This document shows positions 8,301-18,327 of a stretch of DNA of 64,000 nt, piece after piece. The position numbers and the translations under genes were made by a program. Location: NCBI GenBank assembly GCA_020344015.1, contig CP070812.1, forward strand, positions 2,385,002 to 2,449,001, read 5' to 3'. The notes below the pieces were generated by a model. It did no database searches and had not been told where the DNA came from. It saw nothing but the letters and a program-made list of their open reading frames with translations. This DNA is from Gemmatimonadota bacterium. Its GTDB lineage: Bacteria > Gemmatimonadota > Gemmatimonadetes > Palauibacterales > KS3-K002. Position 1 is the stretch's first letter; each line of letters opens with the position of its first letter.

Positions 8301-10099
8301 CCCTCACCCACCTGCAGCAGGGCCAGGAAGGCCTCCCGCGGCACTTCAACCCGGCCAACCCGCTTCATCCGCTTCTTACCTTCCTTCTGCTTCTCCAGCA
8401 GCTTGCGCTTGCGGGTCACGTCACCGCCGTAGCACTTGGCCGTCACGTTCTTGCGCAATGGTCGCACGGTCTCACGCGCGATGACGCGGCTGCCAACAGC
8501 CGCCTGGATCGCCACTGCAAACAGCTGCCGCGGGATCAACTCCTTCAAACGTTGCACAAGCGCGCGCCCGTAGAAGTAGGCCTTGTCCTTGTGCACGATC
8601 ATGCTGATCGCATCGACCGGCTCGCCGTTCAGCATGACGTCGAGGCGCACCAGGTCGCTGCTCCGGTAACCGACGAGATCATAATCGAGGCCGCCGGTGC
8701 CGCGCGTCAGCGTCTTTAGTCTCTCATAGAAGTCGAGGACCATCTCGGCGAGCGGGAGGTCATAGCTCACCTCTACGCGCTGACCATCGATGTAGTGCAT
8801 ACGGCCAAACTCGCCGCGCCGCTCGTGACACAGCTTCTGCACGCTGCCGATATACTCGGCCGGGCACAGGATGCGCGCCCTCACATACGGTTCTTCGATT
8901 CGGTCGGTCGCCGCCGGCGACGGCATCTTCGCCGGGTTCTCCACCGCCAGCGTCGAACCGTCGCGCAGGCCTACCCTGTACTCGACATTAGGCACCGTGC
9001 TGACGAGATCGAGGTCGAACTCGCGCTCCAGCCGCTCCCGCACGATCTCCATATGGAGGAGGCCCAAAAAACCACATCGGAAGCCGAACCCCAGCGCCTC
9101 GCTCGTCTCGAACTCGTACTGGATCGCCGCGTCGTTCAGCCTCAGCTTCTCCAGTGCGCCCCGCACACGCTCGTACTGGTCCGAGTCCGCCGGATATAGG
9201 CCCGCGAAGACCATCGGCTTCACGTCGCGGTAACCGGGCAACAACTCGACGGCGCGCCGCTTCGCGTCCAGCACCGTATCGCCCACCTTCGTGTCGGCGA
9301 TCGATTTGATCCGCGCGGTGAGGTATCCGACTTCACCCGCCGACAGCTCGGACGTCGGGACGGCGCCCAGCTGCAGGTAGCCTACCTGGCCTACCTCGTA
9401 GGTCGCCCCGTTAGAGCCAAACGCGATGCTCATCCCGTTACGTACTCGACCGTCGACCACCCGCACCAGCGGAACAGCGCCCTGGTAATTGTCGTATTGG
9501 GAATCGAAGATCAGCGCCCGCAGCGGCGCCTCGACATCGCCACCCGGCCGCGGCACGCGCCGCACCACCGCCTCCAAGACCTCTACCACGCCTTCTCCCC
9601 GCTTGGCGCTGGCCAGCAAGACCTCCTCGAGCTCGCAGCCCAACAGCTCGGCCAACTCTTCGCGCCGACGCCCCGGCTCCGCCGCCGGCAGGTCGATCTT
9701 GTTGATCACCGGCACGATCGTCAGCCCCGCCTCCACGGCCAGAAACAGATTCGACAGCGTCTGCGCCTCGATTCCCTGGCTCGCATCCACGACCAGGATC
9801 GCGCCCTCGCACGCCGCCAGGCTGCGGCTCACCTCGTAGGTGAAATCCACATGCCCCGGCGTGTCTATCAGGTTTAGCTCGTAAACCTCACCGTCCGACG
9901 CCCGGTAGCTCAGCCGGATCGCGTGCGCCTTGATCGTGATCCCGCGCTCCCGCTCCAGGTCCATCGAGTCCAGGACCTGCTCCCGCATCCGCCGGGGATC
10001 GACGGCGCCGGTCAGCTCGAGGAACCGGTCGGCCAGCGTCGACTTCCCGTGATCTATGTGAGCGATGATACAGAAATTTCGGATCCGCGCCGTGTCCAC
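8297..10099 (-). CDS. lepA: Elongation factor 4
   Basis: [65 protein letters not shown]. Confidence 0.98.
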   Translation of the reverse strand: MDTARIRNFCIIAHIDHGKSTLADRFLELTGAVDPRRMREQVLDSMDLERERGITIKAHAIRLSYRASDGEVYELNLIDTPGHVDFTYEVSRSLAACEGAILVVDASQGIEAQTLSNLFLAVEAGLTIVPVINKIDLPAAEPGRRREELAELLGCELEEVLLASAKRGEGVVEVLEAVVRRVPRPGGDVEAPLRALIFDSQYDNYQGAVPLVRVVDGRVRNGMSIAFGSNGATYEVGQVGYLQLGAVPTSELSAGEVGYLTARIKSIADTKVGDTVLDAKRRAVELLPGYRDVKPMVFAGLYPADSDQYERVRGALEKLRLNDAAIQYEFETSEALGFGFRCGFLGLLHMEIVRERLEREFDLDLVSTVPNVEYRVGLRDGSTLAVENPAKMPSPAATDRIEEPYVRARILCPAEYIGSVQKLCHERRGEFGRMHYIDGQRVEVSYDLPLAEMVLDFYERLKTLTRGTGGLDYDLVGYRSSDLVRLDVMLNGEPVDAISMIVHKDKAYFYGRALVQRLKELIPRQLFAVAIQAAVGSRVIARETVRPLRKNVTAKCYGGDVTRKRKLLEKQKEGKKRMKRVGRVEVPREAFLALLQVGEG

Positions 10100-10349
10100 C
10101 AGCTAAGCCTCTCCCTGTCCGCCTATGGGTTGCGAGGTCTCAATATAGACGGCCGGGCCCGCCCGTGGCAGTACGCTTCAGGCCCGAAACTTTGAGCTCG
10201 CCCGCGGTGTAGGCTATTGCGGCGGGATACGCATCTCCGCCACCGGGCTCCGGACCCCCCCGGAGCGCGCGCCTGAAGCCGCCGGGTCGCCGGCCGGCCA
10301 CCTGCCCGGGCGTTCGCCCTCTCCCCAAGCAATAAACGGAGGAAATCCG

Positions 10350-11471
10350 GTGCATTCTATCGTTGGACACCCTAGAGCGCGCCTGCGCCCCACCCTGGCC
10401 CTCGGCGCCGGCATGGCGCTGTTGGCCCTGGCCGCCTGCGAGCTGCCGAAGGCGCCGGAGTGGGACGTCGGGATCGTCGCTCCATTCAGTTCCGATCCCA
10501 TCGGGATCGCCGATTTTCTGCCCGGGGTCGTGCAGATCGACAGCGCGGGCGAGCCGTGGGTCTTCACCATCGACCGTCAGTCAAGCAGTCAAGCCTTCAG
10601 CTACGGCGACCTGTGTTCCCCGTTCTGCGCCGGCCTGATAGGTCTGCCGGTTCCCGGCTTCGCGCATGCGGACAGCTTCGAGGTTGCCTTCTCGGATACG
10701 GATCTCGTCTCGGTTGAGGGCTTGAGCGCGACGATGACTATGCAGTTCACTAACGGCTTGGGTTTCGAGCCGCTCAGGTCGAACGTCGACACGACTGGAT
10801 ACATCGCGATCGCGATACGCGACCTGGGTACCGGGGCCACGCTGGATAGTCTCTTCCTCAGCGCAGACTCGAAGTCGCTCGGGTCCCAGTCCGACACCGT
10901 GTTCTCGTTCAGCGCCGCCCATGTGACTGACGGCGTGAAGATCCTCTTCTGGGTCGTTTCGCCGTATGACGGCCAGACGATCTCGGTCGACACGGCGACT
11001 GCAAACGTTACCCTCAGCGCCGCCCTTGACGGAATCGAGGTCGCCGCCGCCACGGTCATCGTAGACAACATGTCGATGGACACGAGTTTCGTGGCCGACA
11101 TCGACCAGAACACTCGGGACCAGATCATGAATCGCGTGATCAGCGGGGCGTACGAGCTCATGCTGGTACACAACCTTGAGTTGGAGGGCAGCCTGGCGAT
11201 TTCGATCGCCGGATCGCAGGCCGATCTCTTCTCGGGGGACCCGCTGGCCGAGGTGCGGCTCATCGACCTCGTCTTCACTTCGGATTTGGAGCAGCCCGGT
11301 GTTCTGACGGCGCAAGAGCTCGAGCTCATCGCCGGCTTCCCGGACATCTACATCGGATACAGCGGAGTCGCCTCGGGCAGCGGGCCGGGCAACCAGAGTC
11401 GCTTCGCGCCCGACCAGACTCTAGAGGCGCAGCTCAAGGTCACCGCTCAAATCAGAATCGGCGAGCAGTAG
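10350..11471 (+). CDS. Hypothetical lipoprotein (acidic, beta-rich)
   Basis: SD GGAGGA; signal peptide with lipobox LAAC followed by ELPKAPEWD...APF. Confidence 0.75.
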   Translation: MHSIVGHPRARLRPTLALGAGMALLALAACELPKAPEWDVGIVAPFSSDPIGIADFLPGVVQIDSAGEPWVFTIDRQSSSQAFSYGDLCSPFCAGLIGLPVPGFAHADSFEVAFSDTDLVSVEGLSATMTMQFTNGLGFEPLRSNVDTTGYIAIAIRDLGTGATLDSLFLSADSKSLGSQSDTVFSFSAAHVTDGVKILFWVVSPYDGQTISVDTATANVTLSAALDGIEVAAATVIVDNMSMDTSFVADIDQNTRDQIMNRVISGAYELMLVHNLELEGSLAISIAGSQADLFSGDPLAEVRLIDLVFTSDLEQPGVLTAQELELIAGFPDIYIGYSGVASGSGPGNQSRFAPDQTLEAQLKVTAQIRIGEQ

Positions 11472-11475
11472 GAGG

Positions 11476-12792
11476 ATGATCATGAAAAGCAATCGGATTG
11501 CAACGATCGCTCTCGCGCTGCTGCTCGTCTGTGTCTGTGAGGCAGGCGCCCAGCTGGCGACGCCCAGCGCCCGCAGCTTCGCTCTGGCGAACTCGTTCAT
11601 GGCGCGGGCCCGCGGGTACGAGTCACCGTTCTGGAACCCGGCCAACCTGGGCTTGCCAGACCGGCCGGGCTGGTCGCTGGGGCTGGTGGGCGCGAGCGCT
11701 TACCTGAACAACAACTCGCTGAGTTACGGTCAGATCTCCGACCTCTACGGCGAGTACATCGACAACGAAACCAAGTCGGAGCTACTCGCCTCGATCCGTG
11801 AGGACGACCCGAACAAGATGATGACGCTCAGCGTCGATGCTAATGCCAGCGTACTGGGCTTCTCGATCTGGCGCTTCGCATTCGGCGCCGGCAGCATTGG
11901 AGCCGGGAACCTGGAAGTGTCGCCGGACGCGGCCGAGCTGGTCCTCTTCGGCAACGTCGGCGAAGACGGTACCGGCAAGGACTTCGTTCTGGAAGGCTCA
12001 CATGGTCAGGGCTGGGCGATCAGCGGCGGCTATGTGTCGTACGCCCACCCCTTCACGATACCGGCGCTCGATTATCTCGGTCTGAAGTTCTCGATCGGCG
12101 CCACCGTCAAGTACGGCGTTGCACACGGGCTGGTCCACCTGAAGGACACCGGCACGAGCATCATCAACGACCCGCTCATGGTCAACGTCGACGCCGAAGT
12201 ACTGAAGTCGACCGATGCCGATGCCGGTAGGCTCTGGGCGGCCGACCTCGGGTTGGCGGTGGATTGGGACGGTTTGCTGGTCGCCGGCATCTCGCTGACC
12301 AACGCTTTCTCGAGCATCAGCTGGGAAGAGCAGGATTTCGAGCTCCTGCAGGTCGTGGCGCTTGCCGACTTCGACAGCACGACCTCGAGCGATACGACGC
12401 TCGCGTTCAGCGAGCTGCCGGCCGAGAAACAGGATGAGATTGTCGCGTTTCTTGAAGAGAGGACCGTGCCCAAGAAGTTGCGGCTCGGCTTGGTCTTCGA
12501 GGCCATACCCGCACTCACCGTGTCCGCCGACTACGTCGAGCATATCGGCGGCACGCTGCGCTCTCGCTGGGAGCGCTCGCTGTCGGCCGGCGGCGAGCTA
12601 CGGCTGCTGGGCGCGATACCGCTACGCGTCGGTCTGGCCACCGATTTCTCGCACTTCGCCTATACCGGCGGCCTCGGGATCTATACGGGTCCCGTCCACC
12701 TCGACATGTCGATCGGACGCTGGGGCGTTGTGGGCGGTGACGGTCTGGTCGCTGCCGTCTCCTTCAGCATCTGGCCAAGCACGGGCTACTAG
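11476..12792 (+). CDS. Putative outer-membrane beta-barrel (FadL/PorV/TraF/DUF5723-like)
   Basis: Signal peptide (AGA-Q), SARSFALA...FWNPANLG N-terminal motif, alternating amphipathic strands, C-terminal aromatic strand VSFSIW. Confidence 0.7.
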   Translation: MIMKSNRIATIALALLLVCVCEAGAQLATPSARSFALANSFMARARGYESPFWNPANLGLPDRPGWSLGLVGASAYLNNNSLSYGQISDLYGEYIDNETKSELLASIREDDPNKMMTLSVDANASVLGFSIWRFAFGAGSIGAGNLEVSPDAAELVLFGNVGEDGTGKDFVLEGSHGQGWAISGGYVSYAHPFTIPALDYLGLKFSIGATVKYGVAHGLVHLKDTGTSIINDPLMVNVDAEVLKSTDADAGRLWAADLGLAVDWDGLLVAGISLTNAFSSISWEEQDFELLQVVALADFDSTTSSDTTLAFSELPAEKQDEIVAFLEERTVPKKLRLGLVFEAIPALTVSADYVEHIGGTLRSRWERSLSAGGELRLLGAIPLRVGLATDFSHFAYTGGLGIYTGPVHLDMSIGRWGVVGGDGLVAAVSFSIWPSTGY

Positions 12793-12817
12793 AACCCCCT
12801 GCCACCTCGTAAAGGAG

Positions 12818-12845
12818 GGCCTGCGGCGCTTGCGCGCCGCAGGCC
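12818..12845. terminator. Probable bidirectional terminator between convergent genes
   Basis: Perfect 12-bp stem GGCCTGCGGCGC-TTGC-GCGCCGCAGGCC. Confidence 0.7.
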
Positions 12846-12850
12846 TTTCC

Positions 12851-13741
12851 TCACAGTAGCCGGGCCTGCGGCCCGGAATCGGGCTCGGCTAGCCCGGACA
12901 GTGCTTCCGAGTAGGCGTCGACAAGAGTCTCGGGCGCACGCTGCTTCTTTCCCCGAAACATACCCGCCAGCATGATGGCGTTGGCCGGCGCCTGGCCGCG
13001 GTAGTGGTTGTTGGTGACCACGTAGACATCCTCGACCATGCCGCCCTCGGCGAGCTCGCGAATGCGTTCGACCCACGGTTCCAACTCGGCTCGGTCGTAC
13101 AGGTAGTCGTAGCGTGCGTCGCGGCCCGCGCCCTCGCGGAACCAGTCGTCGTAGTTGCGGCCGTGCAGGCGAACGTACCCGACGCGTCCGCTCGCCTCTG
13201 CGGAGGGCCCGATCGAGCGGTGGAAGAGCGGCTGGTCGATGTTGACGAATCCGACGCCGCGCTCACCCAACCAGCGATAGAAGGCGGGTTTGTTCCACGA
13301 CGCATGACGCACCTCGACCACGCACGGGTAATCGGAGAAGGTCGACGTGACATCGTCTAGCCAATCCAGGGTCTCTTCCCCGGCCTTGAAGGACCAGGGG
13401 AACTGGATGAGCAGGCCGCCCAGACACCCGCGATCGGCGAGCGGATCGAGGCCGGCGCGTACGGCGGCGACTTCCTGCGGCGTCCAAGCCGAGTCGCGCT
13501 CGTGTGTGAAGCGCTGCCAGAGCTTCGCCGTGAACTTGAAGTCGGGGTTCTCGGCGACGCGTCGGGCCCAGCGCGGCGTGACGTCGGGCCGTGGTGGGCG
13601 GTAGAAGGTGGAATTGACTTCGATAGTGTCGAAGTAGCGAGCCAGGAAAGTGAGTGGATCGAAGCCCCTGGGCGGCTCCTCAGGGTAGACGACACCCTGC
13701 CAGTCCTCATAACTCCAACCTGCGGGTCCGAATCGGATCAC
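12851..13741 (-). CDS. DUF72 family protein
   Basis: GPAGWSYEDW, IEVNSTFYRPP, LIQFPWSF, VEVRHASW, YVRLHGRN, RYDYLY. Confidence 0.92.
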   Translation of the reverse strand: MIRFGPAGWSYEDWQGVVYPEEPPRGFDPLTFLARYFDTIEVNSTFYRPPRPDVTPRWARRVAENPDFKFTAKLWQRFTHERDSAWTPQEVAAVRAGLDPLADRGCLGGLLIQFPWSFKAGEETLDWLDDVTSTFSDYPCVVEVRHASWNKPAFYRWLGERGVGFVNIDQPLFHRSIGPSAEASGRVGYVRLHGRNYDDWFREGAGRDARYDYLYDRAELEPWVERIRELAEGGMVEDVYVVTNNHYRGQAPANAIMLAGMFRGKKQRAPETLVDAYSEALSGLAEPDSGPQARLL

Positions 13742-15213
13742 TGCTCACCCTCGACGATGCGACGCCGTCCCTCGGGATCCCAGGTGGGACGGTCGTCGGC
13801 GTTCGCGATCGCCAGCGCCACCTCGTAGACCAACCTGGCGATGCGCGAGGCTTTCTCGAACTTGATCTTATCCACTTCGTCCGACGGTCGGTGATAGTCA
13901 GCGTGTACACCGTTGAAGAAGAAGACCGCCGGGATGCCCTTGCGGGCGAAATTGAAATGATCGGAACGGAAAAAGAATCCGTCGGCCGGCCACTGGTCGT
14001 CGACCGTCGTCAAGCCCAACTCGGGGTGCGCCATCGCCACGCTATCGACCAGCGCACCCAGCGACGAATACGGCTTACCGACTACCGCGATCGTATCCTC
14101 CCAGTTCCGACCGATCATGTCGATGTTCACGTTCGCCACGATCCGTTCCAGTGGGATGGGAGGATGCTCGACGAACCAAGCCGAGCCCAACAGCCCCCGT
14201 TCCTCCCCGCTGACGGCGAGGAACGCGACCGAGCGCCTCGGCCCCTCGTCTTTCAGTTCCGCCATCGCCTCGGCGACTTCTAGGATCGCGGCCGTACCGG
14301 ACGCATTGTCGTCGGCACCGTTATAGATCGAGTCGCCATCGACCGCGAAGCCCACGCCGAGCCCGTCCATATGTGCGCTCACCAGCACGTACTCGTTGCG
14401 GAGCCGGCGATCCCTGCCGCGGATGATCCCCAACACGTTGGGTGCCGAGAGCGTCTCGACCGTAAGATCCGCCGCCAGGCTCAACTGCCCACCGGGTGCC
14501 AGACCGTCATCCTGCGCCTCCGGCGGCGCATCCAGGCCGAGCTCCTCCATCGCAGCGGTCAGCGCCTCCTCCGAGACCATCGCAGCGGGCACACTCACTT
14601 CGATATCGCCCAGCTCGTACATGGCCTCCCCTTCGCTCAGCCAGTGCCGGACCTGTGGCTCCAGTCCTTCAGACGGTGTCACCAGCAGGAGGCCGACCGC
14701 GCCGGCGGCGCTCGCCGCCCGCTGCCAGTCACGCGGCATCGTGCTAGGGCTCAAACGGGCGACCCAGATCGTCGGCTCGTCGTCCTCGGCCGGCCCCCCG
14801 GGGCTGGCGCTTCCGACGAAGCGCAGTCTTCCCTCCACCGAGCCCGCCGTCCAGGGCAGTCCCCAGAAGTCGGTCCGATTACGCAGTGTCGCTCGGCGAC
14901 TGCCACGCCGCAGCGCCAACGACCAGCCGTCGCCCATGTCGCTCATGACCAGCTGATAGCGCTGGGTATAGCCGCTCTTCGAGGGGTTGAGGCCCATGCG
15001 GCGGAACTCGGACTCTATGTAGGCGGCCGCGATGTCCAGACCTTCGCTGGGCGTGCCGCGTCCCCGCAGCCGGTCGGCGGCGAGGAACGAGATCCTGGCT
15101 CGCATGTCCTCCCGCGTGATGTCGCGGTCCGCCGCCGGAGTGCCCGGTGCGCCGCGGCAGCCCAGACCCAACGTCGCCGCCAGGATCGCACAAGCCATAA
15201 CTCTACGCCTCAT
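13738..15213 (-). CDS. M28-family aminopeptidase (lipoprotein)
   Basis: SAHMD, YNGADDNASG, GEERGLLGS, NIDMIGR, RSDH, DYHRPSD. ATG 15213 with SD GGAGG; lipobox LGLGC. Confidence 0.92.
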   Translation of the reverse strand: MRRRVMACAILAATLGLGCRGAPGTPAADRDITREDMRARISFLAADRLRGRGTPSEGLDIAAAYIESEFRRMGLNPSKSGYTQRYQLVMSDMGDGWSLALRRGSRRATLRNRTDFWGLPWTAGSVEGRLRFVGSASPGGPAEDDEPTIWVARLSPSTMPRDWQRAASAAGAVGLLLVTPSEGLEPQVRHWLSEGEAMYELGDIEVSVPAAMVSEEALTAAMEELGLDAPPEAQDDGLAPGGQLSLAADLTVETLSAPNVLGIIRGRDRRLRNEYVLVSAHMDGLGVGFAVDGDSIYNGADDNASGTAAILEVAEAMAELKDEGPRRSVAFLAVSGEERGLLGSAWFVEHPPIPLERIVANVNIDMIGRNWEDTIAVVGKPYSSLGALVDSVAMAHPELGLTTVDDQWPADGFFFRSDHFNFARKGIPAVFFFNGVHADYHRPSDEVDKIKFEKASRIARLVYEVALAIANADDRPTWDPEGRRRIVEGEQ

Positions 15214-15469
15214 GCCACCTCCCAAGATGATGTTCGCAACATTCAATATCCGACACTCGCTAGCCGTGTGTCCAGCGAGAATCTCAACGATCGACCCGCG
15301 AACCCCAACAATCAAGTACCGCCATACTACATCGCTGGATGCGCTGACCGTCGACGATCGCTACTTGATCCTTGAAAGCCTAGACCCAGCTGATCATCGG
15401 TTGTCGAATGTCCAATATTGGATATTGAGGCGTCAACCCGATTATGTTTGTTCGCAGCGTGGGTTGACT

Positions 15470-16384
15470 ATGATCGATGACAAGAGGAACAGGGCCCATC
15501 TGCTCGACCCGGCGGAGCTCGATGCGCTGGGTGGCCTCGAGCTCGTGGCGCGGGCTGTGGTGACGGGCTTCATCGCGGGCCTGCACAGCTCACCCAGCCG
15601 TGGCTTCTCCGTAGAGTTCGCCGAGCACCGTGCCTACCGGCCCGGCGACGACCTGCGTTTCGTCGACTGGAAGATGTACGGCCGCTCGGACCGTTTTTTT
15701 CTCAAGCAGTACGAGGAGGAAACCAACCTGTCGGCGTACGTATGCCTTGACGTGAGCAGCTCGATGGACTGGCGGAGCCGCGAAGCCGGGCTGCTGACAA
15801 AGCTCGATTATGCGAAGCGCCTGGCGGCCAGCCTCACGTTGTTACTGATACGGCAGGGTGATCTGGCCGGTGTCATATGCTTCGCCGAGCGTGTGCTTGG
15901 CCGCTCGCCGGCCCGCGGCACGCTAGCTCATTGGACGGAGCTGGTGCGCCAGCTCGCCTATCAGTCGTCGGGCGGACGAACGGCGGCAGAGGGCGCACTT
16001 GAGGAGGTCGCTGCACGCGGCCATCGACGCGGGCTGGTTATCCTCGTGTCGGACTTGCTGGTCGACGAAGCAGCGACACGCCGGACTTTGAAGAAGCTCA
16101 GACACCAGGGTAGTGAGGTGCTGGTTTTTCACATCCTCGATCCGGGCGAGCTGGAGTTGCCGAGCGTCGGCGACGCGGTGTTCGTCGATCCGGAAACCGG
16201 TGATGAGGTCGCCGTTCGCTCGGCAGAGCTGCGGGGCGATTACCGCGAGGCGGTAACGAGCGCCATCGACGAGTGGCGGCGCGTCTGCGGGTCTCAGCGG
16301 ATCGACTATCACCCGATTCCCACCGACCAGCCGCTGGCGCTCTGCCTTAGCGAGTACCTACACACACGCTCGCGTCTAGGGTGA
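15470..16384 (+). CDS. DUF58 family protein (vWA-like)
   Basis: GLHSSPSRGFSVEFAEHRAYRPGDDLRFVDW, KQYEEETN, LDVSSSM, VSDL. Start ATG 15470 inside the longer ORF. Confidence 0.92.
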   Translation: MIDDKRNRAHLLDPAELDALGGLELVARAVVTGFIAGLHSSPSRGFSVEFAEHRAYRPGDDLRFVDWKMYGRSDRFFLKQYEEETNLSAYVCLDVSSSMDWRSREAGLLTKLDYAKRLAASLTLLLIRQGDLAGVICFAERVLGRSPARGTLAHWTELVRQLAYQSSGGRTAAEGALEEVAARGHRRGLVILVSDLLVDEAATRRTLKKLRHQGSEVLVFHILDPGELELPSVGDAVFVDPETGDEVAVRSAELRGDYREAVTSAIDEWRRVCGSQRIDYHPIPTDQPLALCLSEYLHTRSRLG

Positions 16385-18324
16385 TCGGCTTCCTCTACCC
16401 CGTCCTCGGCCTGGCGGCTCTCGCAGCCGCGATACCGATAATTTTGCACCTCATGCGCCGGCGCGAGGTCCGACGCCTGACGTTCCCCGCCATCCGTTAC
16501 ATCCGGCAGGCCGAGCAGCGTCAGGCGCAACGGCTACGGCTGCGGCACTTGGCGCTCCTGGCGATGCGCGTGCTCCTCGTACTGCTGCTCGCCGCCGCTG
16601 CGGCAGGCCCGCTGGTCGGCCGCGGCGGCCCGTCGGATCACCGACCGACAGCCCTCGCCATCGTGATCGACCCATCGCTGAGTTCGACGAGGATCATGGG
16701 CGAACGTCGCATCCTCGACCTGCAACTCCAGAACGCCGGAGTCAGCGTCGATCTAGCGACCTCGAGCGACCGGATCGCCGTCTTCAGCGCCACGCGTGCC
16801 GAGGCGGGCGCCGTGGCTCTCGAGGGTAGTGGCGCGCACGAGTACCTGGGCAGCGTACGTCCTACCGCGGAGGTCGCCGATCTGCCGGGGGCGATCGCTC
16901 AGGCGGAAATCTGGCTCGAGACCAGCGACGACCACGAGCGCGAGCTACACCTCTTCACCGACTTGCAGAGCGTCTCGCTCGAGGGGCAGGCGACGACAGA
17001 GCAGCAGGAACAGGCCGGCGATGGCATTTCGGTGATCGTGCAGGCGCCCGAGTTGCCGCTTCAGGCCAACGGGACACCCGGCGTTCCGAGGCCGGAGATC
17101 GTACCGCTAACCGCAGGCCGACAGACACGAGTCTCCGTCTCGCTGAATTGGTACGGCCCCGATGTACCCCCGGCACCGGTTATACTCAGGCTTGTCGCAG
17201 GGGAAAACGTTGTCTCGGCCACCGAGGCACGATTCGGCGAGGACGCCCTGCTGGTACTGCCGCCGCAGGACAGCGGCTGGGCTCAGGGCCATGTCGAGAT
17301 CGATCATCACGGCTTGGCGGCGGACGACCGACGTTACTTCACCTGGCTCGTTCGGCCACCCTCCACGGTAGCGGTACTGGGCGATCCGGGACGATTCGTC
17401 CCCCACGCATTGGAGGCTTTGGAGGGCGGTGGGCGCCTGCGAAACGGCGAACCGAATACGTCCGAGGTCTGGCTGGCAGCAGGCGGAGAACGGATCGCCG
17501 ACGGGCTCGCCGCCGGCCGCGCGACGATTGTCTTGGCGCCAGCCAGCCCGCTCGAATTACCGCGCCTCAACCTTCGGCTGGAGCAGGCCCGGATACCATG
17601 GCGATACGAGACCGATGAGCGGCCCGGCTCCCGCAGGATCGGCGCCGGCCCACCGGTGGAGGGTATGACCGGCGTGACCGTCCGGCAGGCCTACCGCCTG
17701 ATGCTCCGTGGGACGGTGGCACGTGACACCGTGCTGCTCAGGCTCGACGACGGTTCGCCCTGGCTGGTGCGCGGCACGACGAGTGACGGTGCCATCTACC
17801 TGCTCCTCGGCTCGTCGATGACGCCGGAGGCCTCCGACCTGCCGATGAGTGCGGCGATGATCCCGTTCCTGGACGCCTTGATAGGCAGCTGGGCACGGCC
17901 CGCGGCCGCCGAGGCCACCGTTCTGGAAGGCGAGGCCCTGCTCCGACTACCCGATCGTGCCCGAACGGCGCGGCTGCCCGACGGTTCCGAGGTGCCGTTG
18001 GAGGGTGGAGCGCCGTTCAAGGCCGCGGAGCCGGGGAATTATGCGGTCTTCGACGGAGAGGGCCTGGTCCTGGCCCTCTCCGTCAATGCGCCACTCCGCG
18101 AGGCGGACCTGGCAACCGCGAGACAGGAGGAACTGGAAGCGGTCCTACCAGCAGCGAGCTGGTCGTGGATCAGGGGAACGGGCCCGGCCGATTGGCGAGG
18201 TAGCATCTACAAGGCGCGGCGCGGCAAACTCGCCCGGCGACCCCTTGTTGTGCTGCTGATACTCATTTCTATTGTCGAGGCGGCCCTGGCGGCCGCCGGT
18301 CGCCGTGCAGGTCGGGCCGGCTGA
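16381..18324 (+). CDS. BatA-domain / vWA membrane protein
   Basis: FLYP...AIPIILHL...FPAIRYI...LLAMR N-terminal BatA motif, IVIDPSLSS MIDAS-like motif, FTDLQ. Confidence 0.85.
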   Translation: MIGFLYPVLGLAALAAAIPIILHLMRRREVRRLTFPAIRYIRQAEQRQAQRLRLRHLALLAMRVLLVLLLAAAAAGPLVGRGGPSDHRPTALAIVIDPSLSSTRIMGERRILDLQLQNAGVSVDLATSSDRIAVFSATRAEAGAVALEGSGAHEYLGSVRPTAEVADLPGAIAQAEIWLETSDDHERELHLFTDLQSVSLEGQATTEQQEQAGDGISVIVQAPELPLQANGTPGVPRPEIVPLTAGRQTRVSVSLNWYGPDVPPAPVILRLVAGENVVSATEARFGEDALLVLPPQDSGWAQGHVEIDHHGLAADDRRYFTWLVRPPSTVAVLGDPGRFVPHALEALEGGGRLRNGEPNTSEVWLAAGGERIADGLAAGRATIVLAPASPLELPRLNLRLEQARIPWRYETDERPGSRRIGAGPPVEGMTGVTVRQAYRLMLRGTVARDTVLLRLDDGSPWLVRGTTSDGAIYLLLGSSMTPEASDLPMSAAMIPFLDALIGSWARPAAAEATVLEGEALLRLPDRARTARLPDGSEVPLEGGAPFKAAEPGNYAVFDGEGLVLALSVNAPLREADLATARQEELEAVLPAASWSWIRGTGPADWRGSIYKARRGKLARRPLVVLLILISIVEAALAAAGRRAGRAG

Positions 18325-18327
18325 TAT

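Noticed and set aside
15032-15469. N-terminal extensions of DUF58 (from 15032) and SurA (from 22723)
   Set aside because: They overlap neighbouring genes; downstream ATG starts fit the family N-termini.
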